Positions 8,161 through 19,139 of a DNA stretch of 64,000 nt are shown in pieces. The notes beneath the pieces are model-generated. The model did not search any database and was not told the origin of the DNA. It saw only the letters and a list, made by a program, of their open reading frames with translations. This DNA is from an uncultured Gemmatimonadaceae bacterium (GTDB lineage: Bacteria > Gemmatimonadota > Gemmatimonadetes > Gemmatimonadales > Gemmatimonadaceae), in contig CAWJMB010000002.1 of NCBI GenBank assembly GCA_963843845.1, forward strand, positions 1,920,001 to 1,984,000, in the 5' to 3' direction. The translations under genes were made by a program, and so were the position numbers. Each line of letters begins with the position of its first letter. The first letter of the stretch is position 1.

Positions 8161-11130
8161 TTGAGCAAGCTTCGTGTGAACGACATGGCAGGTGAGTTCG
8201 GGATCGCTACGGACGAAGTGATCGAGATGCTTCGGAAAATGGACGTTCCCGTACGCAGCCACATCACGGTGTTGACCGACGACCAGGTGTCGCGCGTGCG
8301 CGCCCGATGGGAGCGTGAGAAGCGCACCCGCGCGGAGCGTGCCGCGCAGGCGGCTGCCCCGGCGCCGACGCGTCGGCGCCGGGGCGCGGCGGCACCAGCC
8401 CCCGAGCCCGCTCCGGCGCCAGCGCCGATCGAAGTTCCGCACTCGGTCCGTCGCCGCGTTCGTCCAGCCGATGCGCCCGCCGCTGTCGAGTTCGAGGCGA
8501 CGACGCCGGACAGCGCGCCTGAGCCTGTCGTCGCTCCTCCCGTGCCAGTCGAGGCGCCGGCAGCACCGGCTGTCGCGACTCCGGCTGCCGCCCCAGCCCA
8601 GGCTGCCGCGCCGCCGGCGCCTGAGCCGAGCGTGTCGCCCGTGCCGAGCGCGTCGCCTGCGGAACAGCGTACGCCGGAACCCCTCGTCGTGGCCGCGAAG
8701 GCGTCCGACGAGCGCCCCGCCGCAACGACCGGTCGTCCGGACCGCGAGGAAGCTGAGCGTGTCGTCGAGGTGCCGGTCGCGCAGGAGCCGAGCGCCGCGG
8801 CCGCGCCCCGGCAGGCGGCTCCGCCGACGCCTCCGCCGACGCCTCCGCACGTCGGAGCGGCCGCGCCGCCTCGACCCGTCGCCCCGCCGCGAGCCACCGG
8901 TGGGATGCCGACGCCGGTCGCGAGCGCGTCGCCGAGTGCGGCGTCGAACGCGGCTGCGGCGGACCGGCAGCGGCCGCGCCCCGTGGTGCCTGGTGCGCCG
9001 CGCCCGCGCCCGGTGACCCCCGGCTCTCCGCGTCCCGTCGCGTCGGCCGCGCCGAGCGGTACGGCGCCGGCGCGTCGCGACGACCAGCGCCGTCCGGCTG
9101 GACCCGGCGGGCCTGGTGGACAGACCCCGAGCCAGGGGGCCTCATTCGGCTCTGGCGTCGGTGCCCGTGATGCGAACCGGAGGGGCGGGAAGAAGAACCG
9201 TCGCGCCGGGGTCGATCAGCAGGCGGTTGCCGACAACATCGCCCGGACGATGCAGGGCATGCGTGGCGCGCCGACGCGTGGGCGCGGCCGCGGTCGCGAA
9301 GATGCCCGCGAGGAGATGGCGGCGCAGCGCGCGGCCGACGCACAACGCGAGCTCACGACGGTCCGCGTCAACGAGTTCATCACGGTCAGCGAGCTGGCGC
9401 AGAGCCTCAAGGTGTCGCCGACGCAGATCGTCGGCTTCGCGCTGAAGAACCTCGGCCTGATGGTCACGATCAATCAGCGCCTGGACTTCGACCAGATCGA
9501 CCTGATCGCGAGCGAGTTCGGATTCAAGGCGGTTCGCGAGGAGGAGTACCTCGCCGACTTCGGCGAGGAGACCGTCGCGGATACGGCGGAGGACCTGACG
9601 TCGCGGCCGCCGGTCGTGACGATCATGGGCCACGTCGACCACGGCAAGACGTCGCTGCTCGACTACATCCGCAAGGCGAACGTCGTCGCGGGCGAGGCGG
9701 GCGGGATCACGCAGCACATCGGCGCATATCACGTCACGCTTCCGGACCGCCGCCAGATCACCTTCCTCGACACGCCTGGCCACGAGGCGTTCACCGCGAT
9801 GCGCGCCCGCGGCGCGCAGGTCACGGACATCGTCGTGCTCGTCGTTGCAGCTGACGACGGGCTCATGCCGCAGACGGTCGAGGCCATCTCGCACGCGAAG
9901 AATGCCGGCGTGCCCATGGTCATCGCGATCAACAAGATCGACCTGCCGCAGGCGAACCCGGGCCGCGTGAAACAGGAGCTGCTCCAGCAGAATGTCGTGC
10001 TCGAGGAATTCGGTGGCAACGTGCTCGCGACCGAGATCTCGGCGAAGAAAGGCACCAACGTCCAGGAACTGCTCGACCAGCTGCTGCTCCAGTCCGAAAT
10101 TCTCGACCTGAAGGCGAACGCGGACCGCCGCGCGGCGGGCTCGGTCATCGAGGCGCAGCTCGATCCGGGCAAGGGCCCCGTGGCGACCGTGCTCGTCCAG
10201 AACGGCACGCTCCGCGTCGGCGACGACTTCATCTGCGGCATGTTCTCGGGCCGTGTCCGCGCGCTGTTCGACGAGCGCGGCAAGCCGGTGAAGGAGGCCG
10301 GTCCGGCGATCCCGGTCCAGATCCTGGGTCTCGCCGGCGTGCCGATGGCCGGCGATCAGCTCACGGTCGTCGAGGACGCCACCGCCGCGCGCGACATCGC
10401 GCAGCGCCGTGAACGCCTCAGCCGCGAGGCGATGTCGCGTCGCACGTCCAAGGGCGTCGTCACGCTCGAGGACTTCATGTCGCAGACCGGCGGCGGTGCC
10501 GCGCGGAACCTCAAGCTGCTCATCAAGGCCGATCAGGGCGGTCCCGCCGAGGCGCTCGCCGACGCGCTGGGACAGCTGTCGAACGCGGAGGTCGGCGTCG
10601 AGATCGTGCAGCGCGCGGTCGGCGCCATCACCGAAGGCGACATCCTGCTCGCGAAGGCGGCCGGCGCGATCATCATCGGCTTCCACGTGCGCCCGGACAA
10701 CAAGGCGCGGGCGTCGGCCGAGCGCGAGGGCGTGGACATCAGGCTGTACCGCATCATCTACGAGGCGGTGAACGACGTCCGTGCCGCGCTCGAGGGGATG
10801 CTCAAGCCGGAGCAGCGCGAGGTGGTGCTCGGCGAGGCAGAAGTGCGCGAGATCTTCAAGGTGCCGCGCATCGGGACGATCGGCGGGTGCTCGGTTCGCA
10901 ACGGCACGATCAACCGCCAGGCGCGCATCCGCGTCATTCGGGACGGCGTCGAAGTCTACGACGGCACGATCGGCTCGCTCCGCCGCTTCAAGGACGACGT
11001 CAAGGAGGTCCGCGAAGGATTCGAATGCGGTATCGGCGTCGAGAACTTCAACGATCTGAAGCTCGGCGACGTGCTCGAGTGCTATCGCACGGAAGAGGTG
11101 GCCCGCACGCTCGCGAACGCCAACGCATAA
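8161..11130 (+). CDS. infB: Translation initiation factor IF-2
   Basis: RPPVVTIMGHVDHGKTSLLD, GGITQHIGAY, DTPGHEAF and NKID. TTG start after a GGAGG SD. Long Pro/Ala-rich N-terminal region. Confidence 0.99.
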   Translation: MSKLRVNDMAGEFGIATDEVIEMLRKMDVPVRSHITVLTDDQVSRVRARWEREKRTRAERAAQAAAPAPTRRRRGAAAPAPEPAPAPAPIEVPHSVRRRVRPADAPAAVEFEATTPDSAPEPVVAPPVPVEAPAAPAVATPAAAPAQAAAPPAPEPSVSPVPSASPAEQRTPEPLVVAAKASDERPAATTGRPDREEAERVVEVPVAQEPSAAAAPRQAAPPTPPPTPPHVGAAAPPRPVAPPRATGGMPTPVASASPSAASNAAAADRQRPRPVVPGAPRPRPVTPGSPRPVASAAPSGTAPARRDDQRRPAGPGGPGGQTPSQGASFGSGVGARDANRRGGKKNRRAGVDQQAVADNIARTMQGMRGAPTRGRGRGREDAREEMAAQRAADAQRELTTVRVNEFITVSELAQSLKVSPTQIVGFALKNLGLMVTINQRLDFDQIDLIASEFGFKAVREEEYLADFGEETVADTAEDLTSRPPVVTIMGHVDHGKTSLLDYIRKANVVAGEAGGITQHIGAYHVTLPDRRQITFLDTPGHEAFTAMRARGAQVTDIVVLVVAADDGLMPQTVEAISHAKNAGVPMVIAINKIDLPQANPGRVKQELLQQNVVLEEFGGNVLATEISAKKGTNVQELLDQLLLQSEILDLKANADRRAAGSVIEAQLDPGKGPVATVLVQNGTLRVGDDFICGMFSGRVRALFDERGKPVKEAGPAIPVQILGLAGVPMAGDQLTVVEDATAARDIAQRRERLSREAMSRRTSKGVVTLEDFMSQTGGGAARNLKLLIKADQGGPAEALADALGQLSNAEVGVEIVQRAVGAITEGDILLAKAAGAIIIGFHVRPDNKARASAEREGVDIRLYRIIYEAVNDVRAALEGMLKPEQREVVLGEAEVREIFKVPRIGTIGGCSVRNGTINRQARIRVIRDGVEVYDGTIGSLRRFKDDVKEVREGFECGIGVENFNDLKLGDVLECYRTEEVARTLANANA

Positions 11131-11139
11131 CCTTGGAGG

Positions 11140-11203
11140 GCAGAGCGCAGCGCGCAGCGTGCAGGGGACGAGCTACCTCCGCGCGCTGCGCGCTGTGCTC
11201 TGC
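11140..11203 (+). other. Long RNA stem-loop in the infB-rbfA spacer
   Basis: GCAGAGCGCAGCGCGCAGCGTGC pairs with GCGCGCTGCGCGCTGTGCTCTGC: 23 bp with two G-U wobbles and no U-tract. Confidence 0.7.
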
Positions 11204-11214
11204 GCTGGCTCTTT

Positions 11215-11670
11215 ATGGCATTCGATAATCGTCGCCCCGACCGTGTGGCCGAGGCCATTCGCGAAGAAGTCGCGACCTTTCTGTTCGACGGCGCGAAAGA
11301 TCCGCGCATTCGCGGCCTCGTCACCGTGACGGGGGTCGACGTCACGCGCGACCTCCGGCACGCTCGCGTGTTCGTCAGCGTCATGGGGGACGACGCTGAG
11401 CGTGCCGACACGTTCGTGGGGCTCGCTGGCGTCGCGTCTCACCTGCGCGGCAGGATCGGGCGTGCGCTGCGACTTCGCGTCGCCCCCGAGATCGAGTTCA
11501 AGGCGGACGACAGCGTCGCGCGCGCCGCGCGCATCGAGACGCTCCTCGAGGGGTTGCAGCGAGAGCGGGATGACCGACAGGCCGCGCCCGACGACGCCGA
11601 CGTCGACGAAGCGGCGGCGGCGGAAGATGCGCGCTCCGCGTCGGATGCGAACCCCGATGAAGCGCCCTGA
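11215..11670 (+). CDS. rbfA: Ribosome-binding factor A
   Basis: [40 protein letters not shown] and LRVAPEIEF. Confidence 0.96.
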   Translation: MAFDNRRPDRVAEAIREEVATFLFDGAKDPRIRGLVTVTGVDVTRDLRHARVFVSVMGDDAERADTFVGLAGVASHLRGRIGRALRLRVAPEIEFKADDSVARAARIETLLEGLQRERDDRQAAPDDADVDEAAAAEDARSASDANPDEAP

Positions 11671-11681
11671 GCGAGGCACCG

Positions 11682-12554
11682 GTGCAGAACGGTCTCCTGC
11701 TCGTCGACAAGCCTGCCGGTGTCACGTCGCATGACGTCGTCGCGGTGGCCCGTCGGGCGCTCGGCGAGCGGAGGATCGGACATGCAGGGACGCTCGATCC
11801 GTTCGCGACCGGGCTACTGGTGCTCCTCGTGGGCCGCGCGACGCGGCTCCTCCCGCACGTCAGCGGCGACCCGAAGGTCTACGAGGCGACGATCCGCTTC
11901 GGCAGCGAGACGACCACCGAGGACCTGCACGGCGACGAGACGGTGACCGCGCCCCTCCCGTCGGTCGAGTCGCTCCTCGTCGCGGTCGGCGCGGTGCTCG
12001 GCCCGATCGACCAGATCCCGCCCGCATTCTCCGCGAAGCGCGTGGGGGGGCGACGGGCGCACGAATTGGCGCGCGCCGGCCAGCCGGTCGCGCTGGCACC
12101 GGTGTCGGTTCGCGTCGACAAGTGGGAGCTGCTCGCCATGCGCGGGTTCCCTCCGACGACGCTCACCGACATCGATGCGCAGATCACCTGCGGGCCCGGT
12201 ACGTACGTGCGCTCGCTGGCCCGCGACCTCGCCCGGGCGGCGGGAAGCGCCGCGCACCTCACCGCGCTCCGACGTACGCGGAGCGGCGCCTTCGACGTCG
12301 CGGATGCTGTCACGCTCGACGCGATTCGGGACGGCGTGGTACCGCTGCTCCCGCCGATCGCCGCGATCCCTGACTATCCCGTGCAGGCGCTCGACCCGGC
12401 CGACGTGCGGCGCGTCACGAGCGGCATCGAAGTCGACGCGTCGGTCGATGGAGCGTGGGGTGCGCTGACGGACACCGGCGGCGCGCTCGTCGCGCTGGCG
12501 GAGCGCCGCGACGATCGGTGGCAGCCGCGGGTCGTGCTCTCCGAGGCGAGTTAG
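11682..12554 (+). CDS. truB: tRNA pseudouridine(55) synthase
   Basis: [40 protein letters not shown] and LRRTRSG. Confidence 0.97.
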   Translation: MQNGLLLVDKPAGVTSHDVVAVARRALGERRIGHAGTLDPFATGLLVLLVGRATRLLPHVSGDPKVYEATIRFGSETTTEDLHGDETVTAPLPSVESLLVAVGAVLGPIDQIPPAFSAKRVGGRRAHELARAGQPVALAPVSVRVDKWELLAMRGFPPTTLTDIDAQITCGPGTYVRSLARDLARAAGSAAHLTALRRTRSGAFDVADAVTLDAIRDGVVPLLPPIAAIPDYPVQALDPADVRRVTSGIEVDASVDGAWGALTDTGGALVALAERRDDRWQPRVVLSEAS

Positions 12555-12555
12555 C

Positions 12556-13539
12556 GTGCCGAAGTCCGGGCTCCCGCCCGACGTCGCCGGCACGGTCGTC
12601 ACGGTCGGCACGTTCGACGGAGTGCACCGCGGCCACCAGGACGTCGTCGCGCGGCTCGTCCAGCAGGCCGGCGAACGCGGGCTGCGCAGCCTGCTCGTCA
12701 CGTTCGATCCGCACCCACTCGAAGTCTTGAATCCCGACGCGGCGCCGAGGCTGCTCACGACGCCGCGCGAGCGGCTCGAGATCCTCGCGTCGTCCGGGCT
12801 CGACTACGTGGCCGTGCTGCCGTTCTCCCGCACGCTCGCGGCGTACGAAGCCGATCAGTTCGTCGATCTCGTCCTTCGCGACCGGTTCCGGATGCGCGAG
12901 CTGCTGATCGGTCACGACCACGGATTCGGTCGCGGCCGTGCCGGCGACGCGGCCACGCTGGTCGCCCTCGGCCGCGCTCGCGGGTTCGATGTCGATGTCG
13001 TCCCACCGGTGGCGTCCGGAGCCGGCGAGGCGAGCACCATCCCCATCTCGTCAAGCGGCATCCGTCGGGCGCTCGAGCTCGGCGAGGTGAGCGCGGCCCG
13101 GGGCGCGCTGGGCCGCTGGTATTCGGTGTCCGGCGTCGTGACGCACGGCGAGAAGCGCGGCAGGCAGATCGGCTACCCGACGTTGAACGTCGTGCCGGAT
13201 TCCCCGCGGAAGCTGCTGCCGCGCGAAGGTGTCTACGCCGTATACGTCCAGACGCCTGACGGGCCGAAGCGCGGAATGATGAACGTCGGCTCGCGTCCGA
13301 CATTCGGTGATGAGACCGTCGTGCTCGAGGCGCATCTGTTCGACACACACGGTGACTGGTACGGTGCGCGCGTGCGCCTCGATCTCGTCGCGCGCCTGCG
13401 TGACGTCGAGAAATTCCCGTCGATCGACGCGCTCGTCGCACAGCTCCGTCGTGACGGTGACGCAGCGCGCACGGCGCTCGACGAGGCACACGTTGATGCA
13501 GCTCCGCGGCGCGTTGACGCGAGCGTCACGGCGACCTAA
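12556..13539 (+). CDS. ribF: Bifunctional riboflavin kinase/FAD synthetase
   Basis: [41 protein letters not shown] and EAH. Confidence 0.96.
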   Translation: MPKSGLPPDVAGTVVTVGTFDGVHRGHQDVVARLVQQAGERGLRSLLVTFDPHPLEVLNPDAAPRLLTTPRERLEILASSGLDYVAVLPFSRTLAAYEADQFVDLVLRDRFRMRELLIGHDHGFGRGRAGDAATLVALGRARGFDVDVVPPVASGAGEASTIPISSSGIRRALELGEVSAARGALGRWYSVSGVVTHGEKRGRQIGYPTLNVVPDSPRKLLPREGVYAVYVQTPDGPKRGMMNVGSRPTFGDETVVLEAHLFDTHGDWYGARVRLDLVARLRDVEKFPSIDALVAQLRRDGDAARTALDEAHVDAAPRRVDASVTAT

Positions 13540-13542
13540 CCT
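13514..13542 (+). promoter_or_regulatory. sigma70-type promoter for secDF
   Basis: TTGACG-N17-TAACCT overlapping the ribF stop. Confidence 0.65.
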
Positions 13543-13630
13543 TCGCAGTTTCCAGCGGTTCGCTCGCTTTCGGACCTCGCGTGTCGACAGCCGCGTCCGA
13601 TCGGTTCCCCCCTCCTCCTCCCGCAGTCGC

Positions 13631-15262
13631 ATGTCGAACCTGAAGTACCGGCTTCTCGCGATCGCCGCGCTGGTCGCGTTGTCGGTCTTTACGCTGTTCC
13701 CCCGGACGGTCGTCGAGCGCGTCAAGCGCAACGGCGTCTTCGTCACCGATACGGTTCGGCGCTTCCCGCTCAAGCGAGGGCTGGATCTGGCAGGGGGGAT
13801 CTACGTCGCGCTCGACGTCGACGAGTCGAAGGGAGCGATTGCGAACAAGGGCGAAGCACTCGATCGAGCCATCCGCGTCGTCCGGAATCGCATCGACCAG
13901 TTCGGGGTCGCCGAGCCGGTCGTGCAGAAGGCGGGTGACGATCGCATCATCGTCGAGCTCCCGGGCATCGACGACCCGGCCCGTGCCGAAGCGCTCCTCG
14001 GTCAGGCGGCGTTCCTCGAGTTCCAGATCACCGACAAGACGAACGCCCTCGAGCGGTCCCTCCCGCGGCTCGACGCGATCGCGCAGGCGCGACTCGGCGC
14101 GGCTGCACCGATCGTGGCAGGCGACACGGCTCGTCGCGGTAGTGCGGTCGGTGGGCTGCTGAAATCCGCGACGGACACGGCGACGGCGAGCGCGGATACC
14201 GCGAAGGCCTCGCCCGCCGGAGCCTTCACGAAGGCCGTGCAGCCGGCCGGTGCCCCCGGCCAGTACATCGTCGCCGAGTCGGATTACCTGCGGCTCCAGG
14301 ATCTGCTCAACCTGCAGGAGATCCAGGCCGCGATGCCTCCGGGCAAGGTGCTGCGCTGGGGCGCGGACACGGTCATCGTGAACGGCCAGGCATATCGTAC
14401 GCTGTGGGCGCTCGACGCGCGGCCCATCATCACCGGCGACTATCTGCAGTCCGCCCGCCCGTCGACCGATCCCGTCGAAGGCAACACGGTTCAGTTCGAG
14501 ATGAGCCGCGAAGGCGGGCGTCGCTTCCAGAACGAGACTGGAAAGCACGTGAAGGATTACATGGCCGTCGTGCTCGATCAGCGCGTGATCACTGCGCCCA
14601 TCATCGAGACGGCGATCGGATCTCGTGGCCAGATCCGACTCGGCGGCGGGTCGCTGCAGGCCGCCCAGGATCTCGCAATCGTGCTGAACGCCGGTGCGCT
14701 CCCCGTGCCGCTCAAGATCGCCGAGACACGCGAGATCGGGCCCACGCTCGGCCGCGATTCGATCAACCAGGCCATCACCGCCGGCGTCGTCGCGATCGCG
14801 CTCGTGGTCGTGATCATGGTCGGCTATTACCGCTTCGCGGGGATGCTCGCCGTCGGCGGCCTCGTGCTCTACTCGCTGTACACCATGGCGACGCTCGCAG
14901 GCTTCGATGCCAAGCTGACGCTCCCCGGCCTCGCCGGCTTCGTTCTGTCGATCGGTATCGCGGTCGACGCGAACGTGCTGATCTTCGAGCGGATTCGTGA
15001 GGAACTGGACCATGGCAAGGCGATCCGCACCGCGATCGACGAAGGATTCCGCCACGCGATGTCGGCCATCATCGACTCGAACGTGTCGACGGCGCTCACG
15101 GCGCTCGTGCTCTACCAGTACGGCACCGGACCGGTGCGTGGCTTCGCGGTGACGCTGCTCGCCGGCATCGCCGCGTCGATGATCTCTGCCATCTTCGTCG
15201 TTCGAACCTTCTTCCTTGTCTGGCTCAACCGCTCGCAGCGGGTCGAGTCGCTGAGCATCTGA
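13631..15262 (+). CDS. secD: Protein translocase subunit SecD
   Basis: [51 protein letters not shown] and [13 protein letters not shown] at 13631. Confidence 0.97.
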   Translation: MSNLKYRLLAIAALVALSVFTLFPRTVVERVKRNGVFVTDTVRRFPLKRGLDLAGGIYVALDVDESKGAIANKGEALDRAIRVVRNRIDQFGVAEPVVQKAGDDRIIVELPGIDDPARAEALLGQAAFLEFQITDKTNALERSLPRLDAIAQARLGAAAPIVAGDTARRGSAVGGLLKSATDTATASADTAKASPAGAFTKAVQPAGAPGQYIVAESDYLRLQDLLNLQEIQAAMPPGKVLRWGADTVIVNGQAYRTLWALDARPIITGDYLQSARPSTDPVEGNTVQFEMSREGGRRFQNETGKHVKDYMAVVLDQRVITAPIIETAIGSRGQIRLGGGSLQAAQDLAIVLNAGALPVPLKIAETREIGPTLGRDSINQAITAGVVAIALVVVIMVGYYRFAGMLAVGGLVLYSLYTMATLAGFDAKLTLPGLAGFVLSIGIAVDANVLIFERIREELDHGKAIRTAIDEGFRHAMSAIIDSNVSTALTALVLYQYGTGPVRGFAVTLLAGIAASMISAIFVVRTFFLVWLNRSQRVESLSI

Positions 15263-15269
15263 GGCGATC

Positions 15270-16313
15270 ATGCTGCGCATCTTCCGCAACACTCGTTACG
15301 ACTTCATCAAGTGGTGGCGCGTCGCGGCCATCGCGACGGCAGTGTTCATCCTGGCGGGCGTGGCGTCGGTGTTCGTCACGGGCGGCATCAAGTACAGCGT
15401 CGATTTCACGGGCGGGACGCTGATCCAGTTGCAGTTCGCCCAGCCCACGGACGTCGGGCAGATTCGCGCGGCGGCGCAGAGCGCCGGCGTTCGCGAACCA
15501 GCGATCACGCAGTTCGGCACCGATCGCGAGTACATCGTTCGGGCCGAGAATGGCGAGGCGGAGGCCGAGGCGTCGCAGGGCGGGGCAGGGTCGGTCTCGC
15601 GGCGCATCCAGGCTGCGCTGACGCAGCGGTTCGGCGCGAACAGCTTCCAGGTCGTGCGCACCGAGGCGGTCGGCGCGCGCGTCGGCGCGGAGCTGCAGCG
15701 CGGGGCCATCATCGCCGTGCTCGTCTCCTTCGTGCTGACGCTCCTCTACCTGGCGATCCGCTTCGAGTGGCGATTCGGCGTCTCCGCCGTCGCCGCCACC
15801 GCGCACGACGTCCTGGCGACGCTCGCGTTCATCAAGCTGATGGACATCGAGATCTCGCTCACGGTCATCGCCGCGATCCTGACGGTCCTCGGCTACTCGC
15901 TGAACGACACCATCGTGATCTTCGACCGTGTGCGCGAGCACATGCGTCGCATGCGGAGGGGCGAGAGCTGGTACGACATGGTCAACCAGTCGGTCAACGA
16001 GACGCTGCCGCGCTCCGTGCTCACACACGCCACGGCGGCCGCAGCGACGCTCGCGCTGCTGCTCTTCGCGGGACCGGTCATCCGACCCTTCGCGTGGGTC
16101 ATGCTGTTCGGGATCGTGACCGGCACCTTCAGCTCGGTGTACGTGGCGTCGGCGATCCTCGTCTGGATCGAGCGCAAGTATCCGCGCTCGGCGACGGCAT
16201 CCACGGGCTCGTCCTCCGGGCAGGCTACATCGAGCACCGGGAACGCGTCGCCGCGCGGGGGGGCGACGGCCGAGCCACGCACGCCGCCCGGCCGCGCACT
16301 CGGCGCGCGCTGA
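15270..16313 (+). CDS. secF: Protein translocase subunit SecF
   Basis: DFTGGT, HDV and GYSLNDTIVIFDRVRE. Confidence 0.97.
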   Translation: MLRIFRNTRYDFIKWWRVAAIATAVFILAGVASVFVTGGIKYSVDFTGGTLIQLQFAQPTDVGQIRAAAQSAGVREPAITQFGTDREYIVRAENGEAEAEASQGGAGSVSRRIQAALTQRFGANSFQVVRTEAVGARVGAELQRGAIIAVLVSFVLTLLYLAIRFEWRFGVSAVAATAHDVLATLAFIKLMDIEISLTVIAAILTVLGYSLNDTIVIFDRVREHMRRMRRGESWYDMVNQSVNETLPRSVLTHATAAAATLALLLFAGPVIRPFAWVMLFGIVTGTFSSVYVASAILVWIERKYPRSATASTGSSSGQATSSTGNASPRGGATAEPRTPPGRALGAR

Positions 16314-16399
16314 CCGACGCCGATCGTTCGGCGGGTCGAGACCGCCGCCATGATCGGTGGCGGTCTCGCGGCGTCTGGGGCATTCGTTCTCAACGCGCG

Positions 16400-17188
16400 A
16401 TGCAGTTCGTCGACAGCCACGCGCATCTAGCCGATCACGCGTTCGACGCGGATCGCGACGCGGTGATCGCGCGCGCCAGGGAGAGTGGTGCGCACGCGAT
16501 CGTCTGCATCGGCGAGTCGCTCAGCGCCGCGGCACGCGCGCGCGCAATCGCGTCCCGCTATCCCGGATTCGTCTCGTTCACCGCCGGCGTCCATCCGCAC
16601 GACGCCGCGGAGTTTGACGAGGCGCGCGACCTGCCTGCGATCCGACGCGAGCTCGACGCCGGCGCCGTGGCGGTCGGGGAGTGCGGCCTCGACTACCACT
16701 ACGACCACGCACCGCGCGCGAAGCAGCTCATCGCGTTCGAAGCGCAGCTCGCCCTCGCCGCAGACCTCCGTCGCCCCGTCGTCGTGCACACGCGCGAGGC
16801 CGAGCAGGACACGCGAACGCTCGTCGATCGCGCGGCGCGGGTGGGCGTCGTCGGCGTTCTCCACTGCTACACGGGGTCCGCCGAGCTCGCGCAGTTCGCG
16901 ATCGACCTCGGCTGGTACGTGTCGTTCAGCGGAATCGTCACGTTCCGCAAGTGGACCGATGAGGCCCTGCTGCGACTCGTCCCCGACGACCGCCTGCTCG
17001 TCGAGTCGGACGCTCCATACCTCGCTCCCGTCCCGAATCGCGGGCGGCGCAACGAGCCGGGCTGGGTCGTGCACACTGTCGCGCGCCTCGCGGCGGTGCG
17101 CGGTGGTGATGCAGAAACGCTCGGCCGCGAGACGGCGCGCAACGCGGCTCGCTTGTTCGGCCTGGCGACGACGGCCAGCGTTCCCTAG
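16400..17188 (+). CDS. tatD: TatD family deoxyribonuclease
   Basis: VDSHAHL, GVHPH, VGECGLDY, HTREA, HCYTG and ESDAPYLAP. ATG at 16400. Confidence 0.93.
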   Translation: MQFVDSHAHLADHAFDADRDAVIARARESGAHAIVCIGESLSAAARARAIASRYPGFVSFTAGVHPHDAAEFDEARDLPAIRRELDAGAVAVGECGLDYHYDHAPRAKQLIAFEAQLALAADLRRPVVVHTREAEQDTRTLVDRAARVGVVGVLHCYTGSAELAQFAIDLGWYVSFSGIVTFRKWTDEALLRLVPDDRLLVESDAPYLAPVPNRGRRNEPGWVVHTVARLAAVRGGDAETLGRETARNAARLFGLATTASVP

Positions 17189-17248
17189 ACTGCCGCGCGC
17201 ACCGCGGCGCCTGCCGCGACCCCGAAACTCTCACACGACGACAGCTCC

Positions 17249-17650
17249 GTGGCCGACTCCCGACTGACGACCATTCACACCGACTCCGCCCCCGGCGCGA
17301 TCGGTCCGTACGCGCAGGCTGTCGCCGCGAACGGGTTTCTCTTCACCGCCGGTCAGATCGCGCTGGACCCGGCCACGATGCAGATCGTCGAGGGCGACGT
17401 CGCGGCGCAAGCGACGCAGGTGATGAGGAATCTGACCGCCGTTCTCACCGCTGCCGGTACATCGTGGGAGTCGGTCGTCAAGACGACGATCTTCCTCGCC
17501 GACATGGCCGACTTCGCGACGGTGAACGAGGTCTATGGCGGGACGTTAGGCACATCGCGCCCGGCGCGGTCGACGGTTGCCGTCGCCGGCCTACCGCGCA
17601 ACGTGCGCGTCGAGATCGAAGTCGTCGCGCTGCTGCCCGCAGGTCACTGA
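17249..17650 (+). CDS. ridA: RidA family reactive intermediate deaminase
   Basis: APGAIGPYAQA, AGQI, VNEVY, PARSTVAVAGLP and VEIE. Confidence 0.92.
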   Translation: MADSRLTTIHTDSAPGAIGPYAQAVAANGFLFTAGQIALDPATMQIVEGDVAAQATQVMRNLTAVLTAAGTSWESVVKTTIFLADMADFATVNEVYGGTLGTSRPARSTVAVAGLPRNVRVEIEVVALLPAGH

Positions 17651-17661
17651 ACATCCGCACG

Positions 17662-18318
17662 GTGCGCCGCTGGACGGGTGGGCTCGGCGTCGCGCTCTGC
17701 GTCGCCGGGTCCGCGAGCTCGCTGTCGGCGCAGCAACCCCCGCAGCCACCGTCGCAACCGCCCGTGCGCGTCGACACGGCGGTCGTGCGCGGCGACACGT
17801 CGGGCAGCCGCGCCACGCCGCCGCAGTCGCTCCCGCCGCGGCGACCCCGCGCCGTCGCTGCGCGCCCGCTCGTCCGCCCTCCGCTCTCGCCCCGGCGCGC
17901 GCTGCTCTACTCGCTCGCCATGCCCGGGCTCGGCCAGGTGCGACTGGATCGGGCGACGACCGGCGCATTCTTCGTCGCCGTCGAAGCCGCGGCGTTCGCG
18001 ATGGTCGCGAAGTCCGCGTTCGACCTCCGCGAGGCGAAGACATTCCGGGGCGACAGTCTGCTCGTCACGAGCTATCCGGTCGACTCGCTGGGCGCGCCTG
18101 TGACGCCGACGACCGGCGACGCGCGCAATTCGTTCTCGTCGGCGCTCGTTCGCGCTCGTCGTGTCCATCTGGAAGACTGGCTCGCCGTCATCGCGTTCAA
18201 TCATCTGATCGCCGGCGCCGAAGCGTTCGTCTCGGCCAACCTCTGGAGCGTACCTGCCGAAGTGTCGGTCGAGCCCAGCCGGCGCGGTCCGGTCGTCGCC
18301 GTCCGCGCGCGGTGGTAG
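17662..18318 (+). CDS. Exported hypothetical protein with SL(x)PGxGQ motif (DUF5683-like)
   Basis: Signal peptide, Pro-rich linker, RRALLYSLAMPGLGQ, a hydrophobic helix, and a C-terminal beta-like VVAVRARW. Confidence 0.55.
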   Translation: MRRWTGGLGVALCVAGSASSLSAQQPPQPPSQPPVRVDTAVVRGDTSGSRATPPQSLPPRRPRAVAARPLVRPPLSPRRALLYSLAMPGLGQVRLDRATTGAFFVAVEAAAFAMVAKSAFDLREAKTFRGDSLLVTSYPVDSLGAPVTPTTGDARNSFSSALVRARRVHLEDWLAVIAFNHLIAGAEAFVSANLWSVPAEVSVEPSRRGPVVAVRARW

Positions 18319-18323
18319 GCCGG

Positions 18324-19139
18324 GTGGATCGTCACACCGATCCTGCGGCGCCGATCGGCGTCTTCGATTCCGGCATCGGGGGGCTGACCGTCGTCCGCGA
18401 GCTGATGCGACAGCTCCCGAACGAGTCGATCGTGTATTTCGGCGATACTGCGCGCGTGCCGTACGGGCCGAAGAGTCCCGAGACGGTTCGCCGCTACAGC
18501 CGCGAGATCGGCGCCTTCTTGTTGGAGCAGGGCGTGAAGGCGATCGTCGTCGCGTGCAACACCGCGACGGCCCACGCGCTCCCCACCTTGCGCGACGAGC
18601 TGCCGGTGCCGGTCGTCGGTGTCGTCGAGCCGGGCGCGCGCGCTGCAGTTCGCGCATCGCGTACGGGCGAGATCGGCGTGATCGGGACGGTCGGTACGGT
18701 GAACTCGGGTGCGTACGAGCGAGCGATCCATGCGATCGCGCCGCACGCGCGGATCCGCGCGCTTCCCTGTCCGCTGTTCGTGCCGCTCGTGGAGGAAGGG
18801 TGGACAGATCACGCGGCCACGCAGCTGATCGCTGGCGAGTACCTTCGTCCGCTCGTGAGCTCCCATGTCGACACGCTCGTGCTCGGCTGCACGCACTACC
18901 CGCTGCTGAAAGCAGCGATCGGAGACGTGGTCGGGCGCTCCGTCCGGCTCATCGACAGCGCCGCCGAGACCGCGGCGGAGACGGGGCGTGTGCTCGCGGA
19001 GCGCGCCGTCTGTGCGGAGCCCGGATCGGTCGTTCGCCACCGCTTCGTGGCGAGCGACGCGCCCGAGCATTTCTCACGGATGGCCAGCCGTTTCCTCGGC
19101 GAGCCGGTCGAGCGCGTCGAGACGGTCACCCTGGGGTGA
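18324..19139 (+). CDS. murI: Glutamate racemase
   Basis: PIGVFDSGIGGLTV, PYGPKS, VVACNTAT and LGCTHYP. Confidence 0.97.
   Translation: MDRHTDPAAPIGVFDSGIGGLTVVRELMRQLPNESIVYFGDTARVPYGPKSPETVRRYSREIGAFLLEQGVKAIVVACNTATAHALPTLRDELPVPVVGVVEPGARAAVRASRTGEIGVIGTVGTVNSGAYERAIHAIAPHARIRALPCPLFVPLVEEGWTDHAATQLIAGEYLRPLVSSHVDTLVLGCTHYPLLKAAIGDVVGRSVRLIDSAAETAAETGRVLAERAVCAEPGSVVRHRFVASDAPEHFSRMASRFLGEPVERVETVTLG

Noticed and set aside
8340..9180. Low-complexity Pro/Ala region as a separate gene or insertion
   Set aside because: It is the normal variable N-terminal region of IF-2, in frame with the GTPase domain.
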